Part shown: piece by piece, positions 17,601 through 26,508 of the stretch
How positions within the stretch are numbered: position 1 is the first letter of the stretch
Layout of the letters: every line of letters starts with the position of its first letter
Assembly (NCBI GenBank): GCA_016205995.1
Contig: JACQSJ010000024.1
Coordinates: 1-39,586 of the forward strand
From: Candidatus Uhrbacteria bacterium
GTDB taxonomy: Bacteria > Patescibacteriota > Patescibacteriia > UBA9934 > GWF2-40-263
Direction: 5' to 3'
DNA: 39,586 nucleotides
The notes under the pieces: generated by a model
The model's input: the letters and a program-made list of their open reading frames with translations, nothing else
The model's database searches: none
What the model was told of the DNA's origin: nothing
Program-made: the position numbers and the translations under genes

Positions 17601-18761
17601 GGAAAGGGCGTCGTACTTGGTTGTGGCAATGGGGTTGGTGGCGATGATGGACGCAAAGCGCTCCTGGGCGGCTTCCCTGTCCCCGCCACCGGGAGCCTCA
17701 AGATTAAACGGGTTGACCGACTCCGTATCAAACAGTCCTGTGTAGATCCGGTTCATGAGCTGGGAAAGCAAGGTGTTGGTGAACGTCGAGGCAGTCGAGA
17801 GAGCCAGGCCGCCGATCAGATCCCCGGCGTTGGCGATTTCGCCCACACGAATCTGGGAATCGTCGCCTTTGGACTTTTCCAAAGCTCCCTCAAAATCCGC
17901 CTGAAGCGTTTCCGATGGAGTCTTGATGTTTCCCGTCACAAAGTCCGTCACGTCCTTGTAGGTGCTCTCATTGCGCTGGGCAAACTGAAGCAATTTCTGC
18001 TCATGAATTTTCTGGTCAACGGCAATGTTGATGCGCAAGGTGGCCGTCAATTCGTTTTGCCCAGGCTGAAGCGCGCCGGCAAAGCTGCTCAAAATCGCTT
18101 CCTGCCTGCCTTTTGGATCAAGATACTTCTGGTAGGTCGATGCCCCGAAGGCTTCCCAGTTGCTGATGACCTCCATGAAGTCACACTTGGGTTCACTTGG
18201 CTGATATTTCTGTTTGATGCCGAGTTTCAAGGAAAGCTGAAGCGTCTCGCCCAGATCGCCGCTTGGTTCACAAAGATTAAACTCGATCCCTAACTGACTG
18301 GACGATAGCTCCGAAATCGATCCGATCGCCTCCCCGGCCACCTCCAATCCCAACTGGCCAAAGGCTTCCGATGGGGTTTGGTTGTAAAAGAGTGAGTCTT
18401 CCCCAGCCCCACCGGAGGCAATCGCCACCGCTGCTTCATAGGCAAGACGGTTAAGGACGAACTGGGACAAGTTGAGGAGGGCTTGGATGAGCGCAATACG
18501 GAAGGCCGGAGAAAAAATCTTCTCCCCCACGGTTTTCAACGCATTCTTAATTCCTTTTTGCGGACAAGGGCCTCCTGGTGAGGCTCCACACCCCCCCTCC
18601 GCTGCTCCAGCCGCCAGCTCGCCAGCCGTCATGGCCGCGCTATCTTGGGCTTGGACAGGCGCCGAAAATGCCAGCAACCCGACAGCCAAAAAACTCACCA
18701 GGAACAAAGACACCAGTCCTCGTCCCATCCAGCGTTTCTGGTTGCGTGAGAGCTGTACCAT
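8643..18761 (-). CDS. Giant (3372 aa) exported Cys/Asp-rich cell-surface protein with two carbohydrate-binding-module-like domains
   Basis: Uninterrupted 10.1 kb ORF; signal peptide ending SAPVQA; NPSFE..PDGW...YTFSGY...FVDALQLE and ETFE...FWAKG...YLDNVTL (CBM4/9-like); repeated C-x6-C and C..D.DC motifs; DxDxDG motifs; C-terminal PKD-like VDWGD. Confidence 0.9.
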   Translation of the reverse strand: MVQLSRNQKRWMGRGLVSLFLVSFLAVGLLAFSAPVQAQDSAAMTAGELAAGAAEGGCGASPGGPCPQKGIKNALKTVGEKIFSPAFRIALIQALLNLSQFVLNRLAYEAAVAIASGGAGEDSLFYNQTPSEAFGQLGLEVAGEAIGSISELSSSQLGIEFNLCEPSGDLGETLQLSLKLGIKQKYQPSEPKCDFMEVISNWEAFGASTYQKYLDPKGRQEAILSSFAGALQPGQNELTATLRINIAVDQKIHEQKLLQFAQRNESTYKDVTDFVTGNIKTPSETLQADFEGALEKSKGDDSQIRVGEIANAGDLIGGLALSTASTFTNTLLSQLMNRIYTGLFDTESVNPFNLEAPGGGDREAAQERFASIIATNPIATTKYDALSEFVVCTAEGTINRGLNNCVMDVNFLAAVNRGTAGVPLTVQEAIDEGLLNANWPLIPPDNEAANQDPFCHTYGYCYGNLVKLRKARVLPIGWELAAQRNSESNPATLQEVIDGFNDCTENGTIGPAGAADSNNKWCHLIDPNWVLKYPQTECRAVGNGEIRISTLSPGRNTSCVDAPSCIGEDNDGNCVDGYGYCVQEKNVWRFRGNECPQEYATCLSFTNTETGDTGDFLVSTVNYSVCDQDNAGCRWYRTGKYLEDAGTEDPADDTYEWLATGDDYVLAERDADVNAPTWNGTAWETAGRGAYIYTSGETYTYEQYAYEDRLYLTNNATSCSEGDVGCTQLYPFEQGVYLNTVQNPSFEEDEDSDGTPDGWTPIDSSSIFLDTSTSAFGSTSLRLTPGNSNYVSQIVQAAEHNFYTFSGYFQAQTSGDEVLVQISFLDADGVPLDAAGTSFSGDCTWDAVNDWYEIIEAPSTDDFDRFECLMTTPENTVQILVEVANTPTYATGNLFVDALQLELGEDANIFAEGYSGSPSEVYYQIAPSYLGCTGKPTDPEACDSYAQVCSAQEVGCSLYAPEDGDPSVPAIISELDACPSECVGYATYKQEATDFESQSFPLYFIADSASTCSEQFVGCDSYTNLGSVEAGGEGIEYYTDLRFCLSPDIADATATNKTPATYFTWEGSDNEGYQLQTWSLLQSNYGGATDTFDSCTPSLEPPLGCTPFEETDPELAPCTHIQMNSENEVVCGDSNSAMQDDVWANEACDEHDDIFGNPDCREFFDTEGNIHYRQYSDTISISDECAAYRKDESTACDCQGNVSSDCPIATFGVQEGSGGYWTDQGFCRYYVLPEESVECPAEQNGCRAYTGGAGRNATTILSETFEGGTYEDFAMADLSSFPDEIAISNESVATEGHSLYVLAPSGGTAGIDTVQVYLGPSNIDTYDEDDPTSCTGVVGTGGCDVTNDIDGDGSEDEDCTVLDGEGSCGALTDDLVAGKTFVLEFWAKGSGSLAVTFEEEGGAGSSRNFVDPQNDPLIPDDLTLSGAWQLYSLGPIDTSAYDDFDENAVLRFATGADAEFYLDNVTLKQVEENITIIKDSWVVPSTCDQTPQAVDSPQFYLGCEAYTDHNGNDVDLYQFSDLCSEEVVGCEGFYQTANSESPYTQVYNARCVYSNDLDFTDGDVRTSNVACEIDGVEYCTIIAGQGYCVFDANQAFGGVLPVETVSATERYAVVYGPETVVISGDTPVYIVEDDRYACTSSAMGCQEFGSPTYTQDQSEVESFESVYYINLPADYGTLLCDNEALFCEEWESTQDGNFYFKDPLDKECEYKTSVTMENRSYFGWFRSGTNEPCYWEDIDNDGSYDRDQDEAYLIAGEEFGVWNNGDEDDGDGDAWDYYDGWVAACERKYDLCTEFIDVVDTGGGLNEEGQSYYFTNDELLNEETLTDSQRCNGQVSQKFGCAVFNNTTVSELTYNASASYILSRHADVFYGKEEDALVDPVSCTTEGGGEFTISSANAAVAGTGTTVDLCARRCLYQLQIGDSLTTSSSDTGVASSFSNPVYDASCFVDSDCATLPTYNGEEVSGTCSNVSSIFSLEDDSNEVIKVNRDRSCASWLACESSRTSWNTSTNKYDTICDSINLCVDGQQQGDRAICSAWDESDPTILSAYQYSLRDVSWSGYEYSGNAIPNQLPVELYDQFNVETEAYCNDPDGTPENPEAVPVLNDLGFPIVCSTHTDCSSDTGQACTSDAACVSAGYTQCDTASGTCFYNCEASTQQDYRLVYNAGPCDSTEAGDGNGGSCTVGHCSETGTACADNSDCTEEEDCIVGYYQATGSLNCGNEDCTCNPDNNDPNDQTNPDCTTATSSSLPSVPTPVCDPAQFVCVDELTTDEDARDPCVTNSTTRTCVPVESSSVGTCFNNRCLSDIVDRNGDGYADPLQVDVARDEECRAYPEIDSPYSPDIVETWIEYSGADIEADGEPPVSILPDPGVLSPSSQAALPYGFVNGFQDSNVCALDLQGNVVDCSCSYDKAKYGQGTGYRYFSLASNPDDVPDGICSGGPVSGIPCTDNDDCTLATSSEDQSGICTFLTRVDSIYGWSGYCIERDTSIQTMGSTANEDQACLTWLPVDQLTGATDLYGKYTSAGYAPQNTYYCAEVGTAYNIQTSSIACAEVQDNQCNYGSWANFRDEADAVGSDEPLNPALNNPQAEDDCIAAVFCPEGYFAVMTGCGDQAEVGGVPVDSGQCSALVGDDDCPYFCVPKRSYKVADDETFPAGTECEIPTQRWPTAFSSSSGYVRTPGDIDDYFASSNLTPDISIYVMEPDDFATAYEFYDDCWVQGVVENVPEYYEFASNDEFEYVDGMDEILTLNGTRTKGYRGLDMRYESYFACLTTVQVASNILESDEAFNTYNAAWTDRLYEDQISFPALTGGDTEHLGYSYSTPIIPYGRALDWLDLDAQADPGPHRILMCRDVENVDVIQLPLADGSCDVDDFPASTEEIESSSYFDARAYVSISQSSDIPLVYEDYCEDPSTCSCDDSGDPSDAMCNSDGGNPIECGNFECVGGDFDGTDCTIPEEDAPDACAPGGGYCAGSCQGGPNNGYQCGTDDPNDAVCEPNFCTNTRNCSGESNASMQDCLDLPPVYACRASEPESASGIVQSIGSIASARSRLSQLFGAIYGIVQFSDGYTNIRTADLDSMFEGEGITGEFTLFNEENYVPFSTVYGEWDWDTRGVREDAENHVPVVLSVGECEGTSCYEGSTGKFSVNEVDSGTVEGEGAKRVTVSFYTYADSDQMPIRRIIVDWGDDFASITGDIPWPSGSQSGSITPDNFYKNYRGLSPTSDTQQCSDDADEFGQYTQACSSSYVAFTHDYVCTTGRLEQLIAAGVERECTFDEDGRLINSPCYDGQSCVFQPRVHVMDNWGWCTGTCDSGPDSDGTDGCYTGVTDYETGADQDECDIENCPSENSSSSSCDDNGGGIVNPWINYDGAVYILAE

Positions 18762-18763
18762 AC

Positions 18764-19453
18764 CTACGGCGTGGTCGTGAGATATTCGTCTAAGAGCCCG
18801 GACGTAGAGGCCTCATCAAGGGCTCCGTAAAAAAAGGCTTGCAAGGTCTCGTCGTCAATCTGATCAAGCTCCTCCTGGCTCATGCCTGACTCCAGAAGCG
18901 CGGCGCGAATCTGGTCCATCGTCGCCTGCTGAAAAAACGTCTCCACGTCCTCCTCGGATTCAAACGTCACACTCCCCGCCTCCAACAGGTCGCCTTCCCC
19001 TAGCCCTTCGATAAACGCATCTGCCGCCGACGTCTCTCCGACCGCCTCCACGGAGCCGGCAATCAGGCCGCAATTTTTCCCGGTCGGACAGTTGGGGTTA
19101 TTCCCTGAATAGATTTCCTGTTTGTCATCGAACCCATCTGAGTCTGAATCGGCAATGTAGGGGGAGGTCTTGTACACGTAGAGCTCATCGTAATCGACCA
19201 GGCCGTCCTGGTCGGTGTCTTTTGTTTTTGACTCCTCACGTTCGCGTTCATCGCGCTCATCGGAGGTCAAAAATTCTTCGCCCTTATAAAACTCCGCGAT
19301 CTGCGTCTGGATGGGTCGCATCATGTTGGCGCCAAAGGACTGAGCACCAAACACAACCCCGCCGAGCCCCAAAAACATCAATAGACCAAAAGCAACCTTT
19401 TGCTCGGTCGATAGAGGCGAGGATGGCTTTAATCTCAACCGCTGTGTAGCCAT
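18764..19453 (-). CDS. Membrane-anchored acidic protein with thrombospondin type 3-like Ca-binding repeats
   Basis: N-terminal TM; DTDQDGLVDYDELYVYKTSPYIADSDSDGFDDKQEI; start taken at MATQR. Confidence 0.8.
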   Translation of the reverse strand: MATQRLRLKPSSPLSTEQKVAFGLLMFLGLGGVVFGAQSFGANMMRPIQTQIAEFYKGEEFLTSDERDEREREESKTKDTDQDGLVDYDELYVYKTSPYIADSDSDGFDDKQEIYSGNNPNCPTGKNCGLIAGSVEAVGETSAADAFIEGLGEGDLLEAGSVTFESEEDVETFFQQATMDQIRAALLESGMSQEELDQIDDETLQAFFYGALDEASTSGLLDEYLTTTP

Positions 19454-19498
19454 GACCCTATTATAGCAAAACACCTGAGGTTCACCCAGATGTTTTTC

Positions 19499-20293
19499 TT
19501 ATTTTTTATCCAGCATGTGGGTAAGTTTCACCCAGTTTTCCACAGAAAGCTCCTGAGCCCGAGCCGATGGTGAAAGACCCAGGCTCTCGAGCGCGTGTTT
19601 GACGCGTTGTGAACCGGCAAGCGACTTGAGGTTTCCATGCAACTGTTTACGACGGGAGGCAAAGCCACGCTTGGCCAGGGCGATCACCTTTTCTGGGTCG
19701 ATTCCCCAGCGCAACGGGTCGAGAAGATCGAGTCGCACCACGGCGGAATCAACCTTTGGGATCGGTCGAAACGCGCCGGCGGGGACATTTGTGACGCGAC
19801 GGCACTCTGCATAGAGCTGGCACATGACAGAAAGAAGACTCATGTCCGGTGGCGTAGCAACGATACGGTTGGCGACCTCGCGCTGGACCATGACGACCAT
19901 GCGGGAGGGTTTTGGTTCAATCGTAAGAAAACGACGGAGCAAGTCGGAGGTGATGTTGTAAGGGATGTTGGCAATCAGTTTGTAGGGGGTGGAAAGGTGG
20001 GAAGGTGGGAAGGTGGCGGAGGTGGAAATGTTGAAAGTAAGAATATCCGCGTGAATGACCTCGACGGAATCGGCAAATTTTTCTCGCAAAGAAGGAATCA
20101 GCGACCCATCTGCTTCGACCGCGATAACGCACGCGCCCGCGTTGACAAGGGCTTGTGTCAGCACGCCTGTTCCTGGGCCCACCTCCAAGACGGTCTCCCC
20201 CGGGACAATCTCGGCTGCGTCGATAATCTTTGCGACGACCGTTTCGTCCACCAACCAATTCTGACTAAACGACTTTTTCGCTCGTGGCACCAT
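19499..20293 (-). CDS. rsmA: 16S rRNA adenine dimethyltransferase
   Basis: KKSFSQNWL, VLEVGPGTGVLT, IANIPYNIT, MVQREVANRI, FRPIPKVDSAV, RRKQL, RAQELS. Confidence 0.95.
   Translation of the reverse strand: MVPRAKKSFSQNWLVDETVVAKIIDAAEIVPGETVLEVGPGTGVLTQALVNAGACVIAVEADGSLIPSLREKFADSVEVIHADILTFNISTSATFPPSHLSTPYKLIANIPYNITSDLLRRFLTIEPKPSRMVVMVQREVANRIVATPPDMSLLSVMCQLYAECRRVTNVPAGAFRPIPKVDSAVVRLDLLDPLRWGIDPEKVIALAKRGFASRRKQLHGNLKSLAGSQRVKHALESLGLSPSARAQELSVENWVKLTHMLDKK
19988..20036. repeat. Degenerate 8-9 bp tandem repeat inside rsmA
   Basis: ggtggaaa ggtgggaa ggtgggaa ggtggcgga ggtggaaa tgttgaaa. Confidence 0.7.
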
Positions 20294-20295
20294 AG

Positions 20296-20883
20296 CTAAA
20301 TTTCTATCGACCCCTGCCGCAGCACCTCTGGATACCCATAGTCGTCGATAGCGACGATGGTCGAGGGGGGTTCTGGCGTGAGCTCTCCTGCATCGAGGTA
20401 GAAATCCGGAGCGTCACCAAGCTGCTGCCGCACACAGGCCACCGAATAACAGGCCTCACCGCCAGCGAGATTCGCTGAGGTTGCGACAATCGGAGCCCCA
20501 AGCCCCTCGCACAGCGCATGCGCAACCGGATGCGAGGACACACGCATGGCCACCGTCCCGTTTCGCACGACCCCGGAAGCCAACCCATCCCCCATGACGG
20601 GAAGGACAAGTGTCAGCGGGCCAGACCAATGCTGTGTCGCCAATGTCTCAAGCCCCCGTGGCATCCCTGCAAATCGCTCAACCATCTCTCGACTCGCCGC
20701 AATGAGCGGAAACGACTTGTCCTGTGAACGACCCTTCACCGCACGCACACGTTCGACGGCTGCCTCACTCCGCGCATCCGCAGCCAACCCGTAGGCGGTC
20801 TCGGTTGGAAAAACAACCACACCCCCCTCTTTGAGGACTTCGACGGCCTTCTGAATCTCAGCTTCTAGATGTTTTTGAACCAC
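20296..20883 (-). CDS. tsaC: L-threonylcarbamoyladenylate synthase (YrdC/Sua5 family)
   Basis: VVFPTETAYGL, KGR, WSGPLTLVL, ATSANLAG, PSTIV, LRQG. Confidence 0.93.
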   Translation of the reverse strand: MVQKHLEAEIQKAVEVLKEGGVVVFPTETAYGLAADARSEAAVERVRAVKGRSQDKSFPLIAASREMVERFAGMPRGLETLATQHWSGPLTLVLPVMGDGLASGVVRNGTVAMRVSSHPVAHALCEGLGAPIVATSANLAGGEACYSVACVRQQLGDAPDFYLDAGELTPEPPSTIVAIDDYGYPEVLRQGSIEI

Positions 20884-21800
20884 AAGACCGTTTTCTTCAG
20901 CCCCTCCTCAAGCGACACCTCCGGCTTCCACCCAAGTTCACGCGCCGCCTTTCGAGAGTCAAGCGCCGAACGCATCACCTCCCCTTTGCAGGCAGGTCCG
21001 TATACTTCTTTTTGTTTAGAACCGGTTAATTGTTTTATTTTCGAGAACAACGAATTGACGGTCGTTTGAACGCCCGTCCCGATATTAAACGTTCCTGTGA
21101 CAGCCTTGTCCATGGCGAGCATATGCGCGCGAACAATATCCCCGACGAATACATAGTCACGTGTCTGTTTTCCATTTCCGTTGATCACAATTTTATCGCC
21201 GGCAAGCATCTGCCTGGCAAACACGGAGATCACGCCGGCATATCCCCCGCGCAGCGCCTGGCGGGGACCGTAGGCATTGGCGAGCCGCAAAACGACATAT
21301 TTCATCCCATGAATACGATGCTCAAAATCCAAATACATCTCAGCCGAACGTTTGGCGATCGCATATGGCGACAACGGTTCTTCCGGTGTCTTCTCCGAGT
21401 ACGGCGGACGCAAGGTGTCCGAATACATCGCCCCACCGCTAGAAGTAAAAACAAACTTCTTCACGCCGACTTTGGCGCTTGCGTGGGCGACGTTGAGCGT
21501 GCCCAAAACATTGACGCTCGCGTCCCCCGGCGGATCTTCCACCGAACACCGAACATCGATCTGCGCGGCAAGATGGAATACCACATCAGGTTTTATCCGC
21601 GAGATAAGTTTTGTCACAGCCTCCCGATCTGCCACCGACATCTTGTAAAACGTCGCGTTGGGGTTGAGGTTCTTGCGCGAGCCGGTCGAAAGATCGTCGA
21701 TGACATACACCTTAATCCGTCGACGGATGAGCGCATCCACGATGTGGGAGCCAATAAACCCGGCTCCACCTGTCACAAGAGCTGTTTTGTATTTCGCCAT
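20865..21800 (-). CDS. NAD-dependent epimerase/dehydratase (UDP-glucose 4-epimerase-like)
   Basis: LVTGGAGFIGSH, FHLAAQ, YAIAK (YxxxK), NAYGPRQ, TRDYVFV; start at MAKYK. Confidence 0.92.
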   Translation of the reverse strand: MAKYKTALVTGGAGFIGSHIVDALIRRRIKVYVIDDLSTGSRKNLNPNATFYKMSVADREAVTKLISRIKPDVVFHLAAQIDVRCSVEDPPGDASVNVLGTLNVAHASAKVGVKKFVFTSSGGAMYSDTLRPPYSEKTPEEPLSPYAIAKRSAEMYLDFEHRIHGMKYVVLRLANAYGPRQALRGGYAGVISVFARQMLAGDKIVINGNGKQTRDYVFVGDIVRAHMLAMDKAVTGTFNIGTGVQTTVNSLFSKIKQLTGSKQKEVYGPACKGEVMRSALDSRKAARELGWKPEVSLEEGLKKTVLWFKNI

Positions 21801-21804
21801 AGAC

Positions 21805-22894
21805 TTATTTGTTCCCAAGCTCATATCGCAGATATGCTTCCATAAATGGTTCCACTTCCCCCTCAAGCACCCCTTCCGCGTCTGATGTCTCAAAGTTGGT
21901 TCGATGGTCTTTCACCATCTTGTACGGGTGAAGCACATACGACCGAATCTGATTTCCCCACTCGGCCGACTGGTACTCCCCACGCAGCTCGGCTTTCTCT
22001 TCCTCTTTCTCTTTGAGCGCAAGCTGATGCAATTTTGACTTGAGGATCTTCATGGCCGTCTCCTTGTTCTGCTGCTGCGAGCGCTCATTCTGACACGACA
22101 CGGAAATGTTCGTTGGGAGATGCACAATGCGCACAGCCGAGTAGGTGGTGTTCACGCTCTGTCCCCCCTTGCCGCCGCTCATAAATGTATCGATGCGCAA
22201 ATCTTTTTGATCGATCTCGATCTCGGCTACATCTTCAAGCTCGGGAATCACTTCCACAAGGGCAAATGTCGTGTGACGCATCTTCTCGGCGTCGAATGGA
22301 CTGATTCGGACAAGGCGATGCACGCCTGCCTCGCTCTTGAGGTACCCATACGCCCAACGGCCTTCTACACGGAAGGTAATACTCTTGAGCCCAACGTCTT
22401 CTGCCCGCGACTCCCACAAGACCGTCACGCGCCAACCTTTCTTTTCGGCATAGCGCATGTACATGCGCGTGAGCATCTGTGTCCAATCCTGCGCCTCGGT
22501 TCCTCCGCTCCCGGCGTGAATCGCCACAATGGCCGGGTCTCTGTCGTATTCCCCCGCAAAGAGCGTCGCAAATTCCATTTTGGAAAATCGCGCTTGAGCC
22601 TGCGCGAGTTTCTTCTGCAAATCTTCTGCCATCGACACATCCTCGAGCCCCGCGAGTTCCTGCAACTCATCTACCTCTTTGGCAAGCCCCTCCCAGTCAG
22701 CGACTTCTTGCCGCAACTCTGCCGCCTCCTTGCTGATCTTCTGGGCCTGTTCCGCATCATTCCAAAAATCTGGCTCAGACATCTGTGTTTCCAACGCGGC
22801 GATCTGCGTCTTTACGGTATCGAGGTCAAAGTAACCTCCACGTGTCGAGGATCTTCACATGGAGGTCTTGAATGTGTTTAAGAAGTTCAAGCAT
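21805..22894 (-). CDS. prfB: Peptide chain release factor 2, translated via +1 programmed frameshift
   Basis: SPF and GGQ motifs; first segment ATG 22894 encodes MLELLKHIQDLHVKILDTWRLL, ends at CTT-TGA-C (22831-22825) and continues in +1 as DLDTVKTQIAALETQM. Confidence 0.96.
22825..22840 (-). promoter_or_regulatory. prfB frameshift signal
   Basis: TGGAGG-TTA-CTT-TGA-C: internal SD 3 nt before the slippery CTT TGA C. Confidence 0.93.
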
Positions 22895-22941
22895 ATCAGT
22901 CGTCTAACCATGGTAACAGATTGAGCCGATTGGCTAAAGCA

Positions 22942-22965
22942 AGAACGAGGGTTTCCCCTCGTTCT
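22942..22965 (-). terminator. Hairpin after groEL
   Basis: agaacgaggg-tttc-ccctcgttct perfect 10-bp stem. Confidence 0.65.
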
Positions 22966-22980
22966 GTAAGTGCTTGTGTA

Positions 22981-24615
<1,635 letters not shown>

Positions 24616-24906
24616 CTACTCAATGATTGCCATTACGTCCTCCATGCGGATGATCAGAAATTCCTGCTTATCCACCTTCACCTCGTCTGGCGCGTACTTC
24701 TTGAACAACACTTGGTTGCCGACCGCAACGTCCATCGTGGTGCGCTTCCCCCCTTCAAGTTCCCGCCCAGGACCTACTGCAATGACCTCGCCGCGTTCAG
24801 AACGCTCTTTATCGATGGTGTCTGGGATGATGATCCCGGACGCGGATGTTTCCTCCTTTGAGATGGCTTTCACAATAATGTGATCGCCGACTGGTTTGAG
24901 CTTCAT
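24616..24906 (-). CDS. groES: Co-chaperonin GroES
   Basis: MKLKPVGD, SGIIIPDT, GEVIAVGPG; adjacent to groEL. Confidence 0.98.
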   Translation of the reverse strand: MKLKPVGDHIIVKAISKEETSASGIIIPDTIDKERSERGEVIAVGPGRELEGGKRTTMDVAVGNQVLFKKYAPDEVKVDKQEFLIIRMEDVMAIIE

Positions 24907-24945
24907 AGTGAATTATTTGGTTACGATTTTATGAGAAAAAAGACG

Positions 24946-24972
24946 CTAGCAGTCTTCCTAGAAGAGTGCTAA
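24946..24972 (-). promoter_or_regulatory. CIRCE element (HrcA operator)
   Basis: TTAGCACTC-N9-GACTGCTAG on the minus strand, 2 mismatches to TTAGCACTC-N9-GAGTGCTAA; lies upstream of groES, with TTGACA at 25007-25002. Confidence 0.88.
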
Positions 24973-25003
24973 CGCCTTCATTTTGCCAGGCTTTGCCAGA
25001 GTG

Positions 25004-26497
25004 TCAAGGGGCCGAAAATTCCTGGAGCAGAGAAAGGTGCTCTTCTACATCGTCACGGCCGATTTGGGCGCCCAACGCACGGATGTGATCTTCAAGTTCG
25101 CGAACGAATTTGTCGTCGTCCAACATGGCCACGCTCATCCCGGGCGCTCCACGATTTTCGAGATCCCACTCCGTTCCCGTCTCTTCTGGCTCCGGCTTCT
25201 TCACCTCCACACTCTTGGTGATCCCCGTACGCTGCCAATAGGCCTTTCGTTGAAACAGATTGTCGCGGGGTCGTAAGAAACGATAGATCCATTTCACAAA
25301 CGCCATGTGCTCCGACGTCAGGCTGTGCTTACTGACAAACGCCTGCTCCACCCTAGGATCGTCCAAATCTTGCGCGTGCAAGTACCTCCCCTCCTCAAGG
25401 AGCGAGATCACTTTCATGAAGTCCTTCTCCTGATCCCTGACGACGATCCCCAAGGCTATTGCCGCCGTGACCATCGCTCCCCAATAGTCGCGCACCCGCA
25501 GGTCGACATCTATCTCGGTCAAGGTCTCAGGGGGTGCATAGGCGATGGTTCCAATAAATGAACGGCTGCCTGTTTGCGTCCGTAAAAGTCCTTCTTTGGC
25601 GGCCGTCCCAAAATCAATCAAACGTGCAAGCCACTCTTCTCCCTCCTGTGCACTCAATATGGTGTTTCCTGGCTTCACATCCCTATGGATCCACCCCACG
25701 GAATGCATCCGACGTAAGGTATGCAAAACCGTCCGCAGCATGACGGCCATGCGGAAGGCGCTTCTAGGATCTGCATCGAACCGATCCTCCGTCCCTTCCA
25801 CGGTTCGCTGCCGCTCGCTGATGTAGCGTTCGACATTTTCCCCGGCGTGCCGTTCCAGCACAAGCGCCGCCCATGTTCCTCCTTGTTCATCCTGGATCAC
25901 CTCAGACCCGACAAAATCCCCCGCGAGCATGGCCGCTCCTACCTCATTCCATAGATGGCCCCGCAACCTCTGATCGTTGAGGACATACATAAACTTCACG
26001 AGTCGCTTGCGTGGCGCGGACGAACCCGCATGGGTGACCTCATAGACTCTCCCAAACCCCCCTCGACCCACCATCTTCCCCACCTCCCAAAGAAGGCCAT
26101 TGCTATAGACGCGCTCTGGAATCGTGGGCGTCATGGATTCCGTTTCCAAAGGAGGGGGCGGGGCGTCCAACCCTCGAGCATGCTTCATGCCCTCCGGCGG
26201 CATGGTGGCCAATTCGTCTTGAAGCGACGCATTAAACTGATATCCCTCAGGGGCCTCGACCGTCTGGCCAAACTCCTGAAGGACGCGCTGAACCCACGCC
26301 TCATCTCCCATCGTCCTGCGTTCTTCGCGCAGACGGTCAGCGGGCGCAGGTGGTGTGGCTTCAACCACAGCCTCGGATGCCCAGTCACCGACAGGAGGAC
26401 GCGTGACCTCGCTCGACTCCAAGGGAGGTGGCGGTGGGACCATACGAGTCCTTTCAGCCGGCCGTTCAAAAAATCCTTTAAACAATTCTCCAAACAT
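25004..26497 (-). CDS. Soluble Hanks-type Ser/Thr protein kinase with Pro/Glu-rich N-terminal extension
   Basis: VGRGGFGRVY, LVK, HRDVKPGN, LIDFG, GTIAYAPPE, RDYWG; no obvious signal peptide or TM. Confidence 0.85.
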   Translation of the reverse strand: MFGELFKGFFERPAERTRMVPPPPPLESSEVTRPPVGDWASEAVVEATPPAPADRLREERRTMGDEAWVQRVLQEFGQTVEAPEGYQFNASLQDELATMPPEGMKHARGLDAPPPPLETESMTPTIPERVYSNGLLWEVGKMVGRGGFGRVYEVTHAGSSAPRKRLVKFMYVLNDQRLRGHLWNEVGAAMLAGDFVGSEVIQDEQGGTWAALVLERHAGENVERYISERQRTVEGTEDRFDADPRSAFRMAVMLRTVLHTLRRMHSVGWIHRDVKPGNTILSAQEGEEWLARLIDFGTAAKEGLLRTQTGSRSFIGTIAYAPPETLTEIDVDLRVRDYWGAMVTAAIALGIVVRDQEKDFMKVISLLEEGRYLHAQDLDDPRVEQAFVSKHSLTSEHMAFVKWIYRFLRPRDNLFQRKAYWQRTGITKSVEVKKPEPEETGTEWDLENRGAPGMSVAMLDDDKFVRELEDHIRALGAQIGRDDVEEHLSLLQEFSAP

Positions 26498-26508
26498 AAA
26501 GTCGTCGG

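Noticed and set aside
8643..18761. Diversity-generating retroelement target or intein in the giant gene
   Set aside because: No reverse transcriptase, no template/variable repeat pair seen by eye, and no intein or LAGLIDADG motifs recognised
22795..22894. prfB as a truncated gene or pseudogene
   Set aside because: The in-frame TGA is the canonical programmed frameshift site
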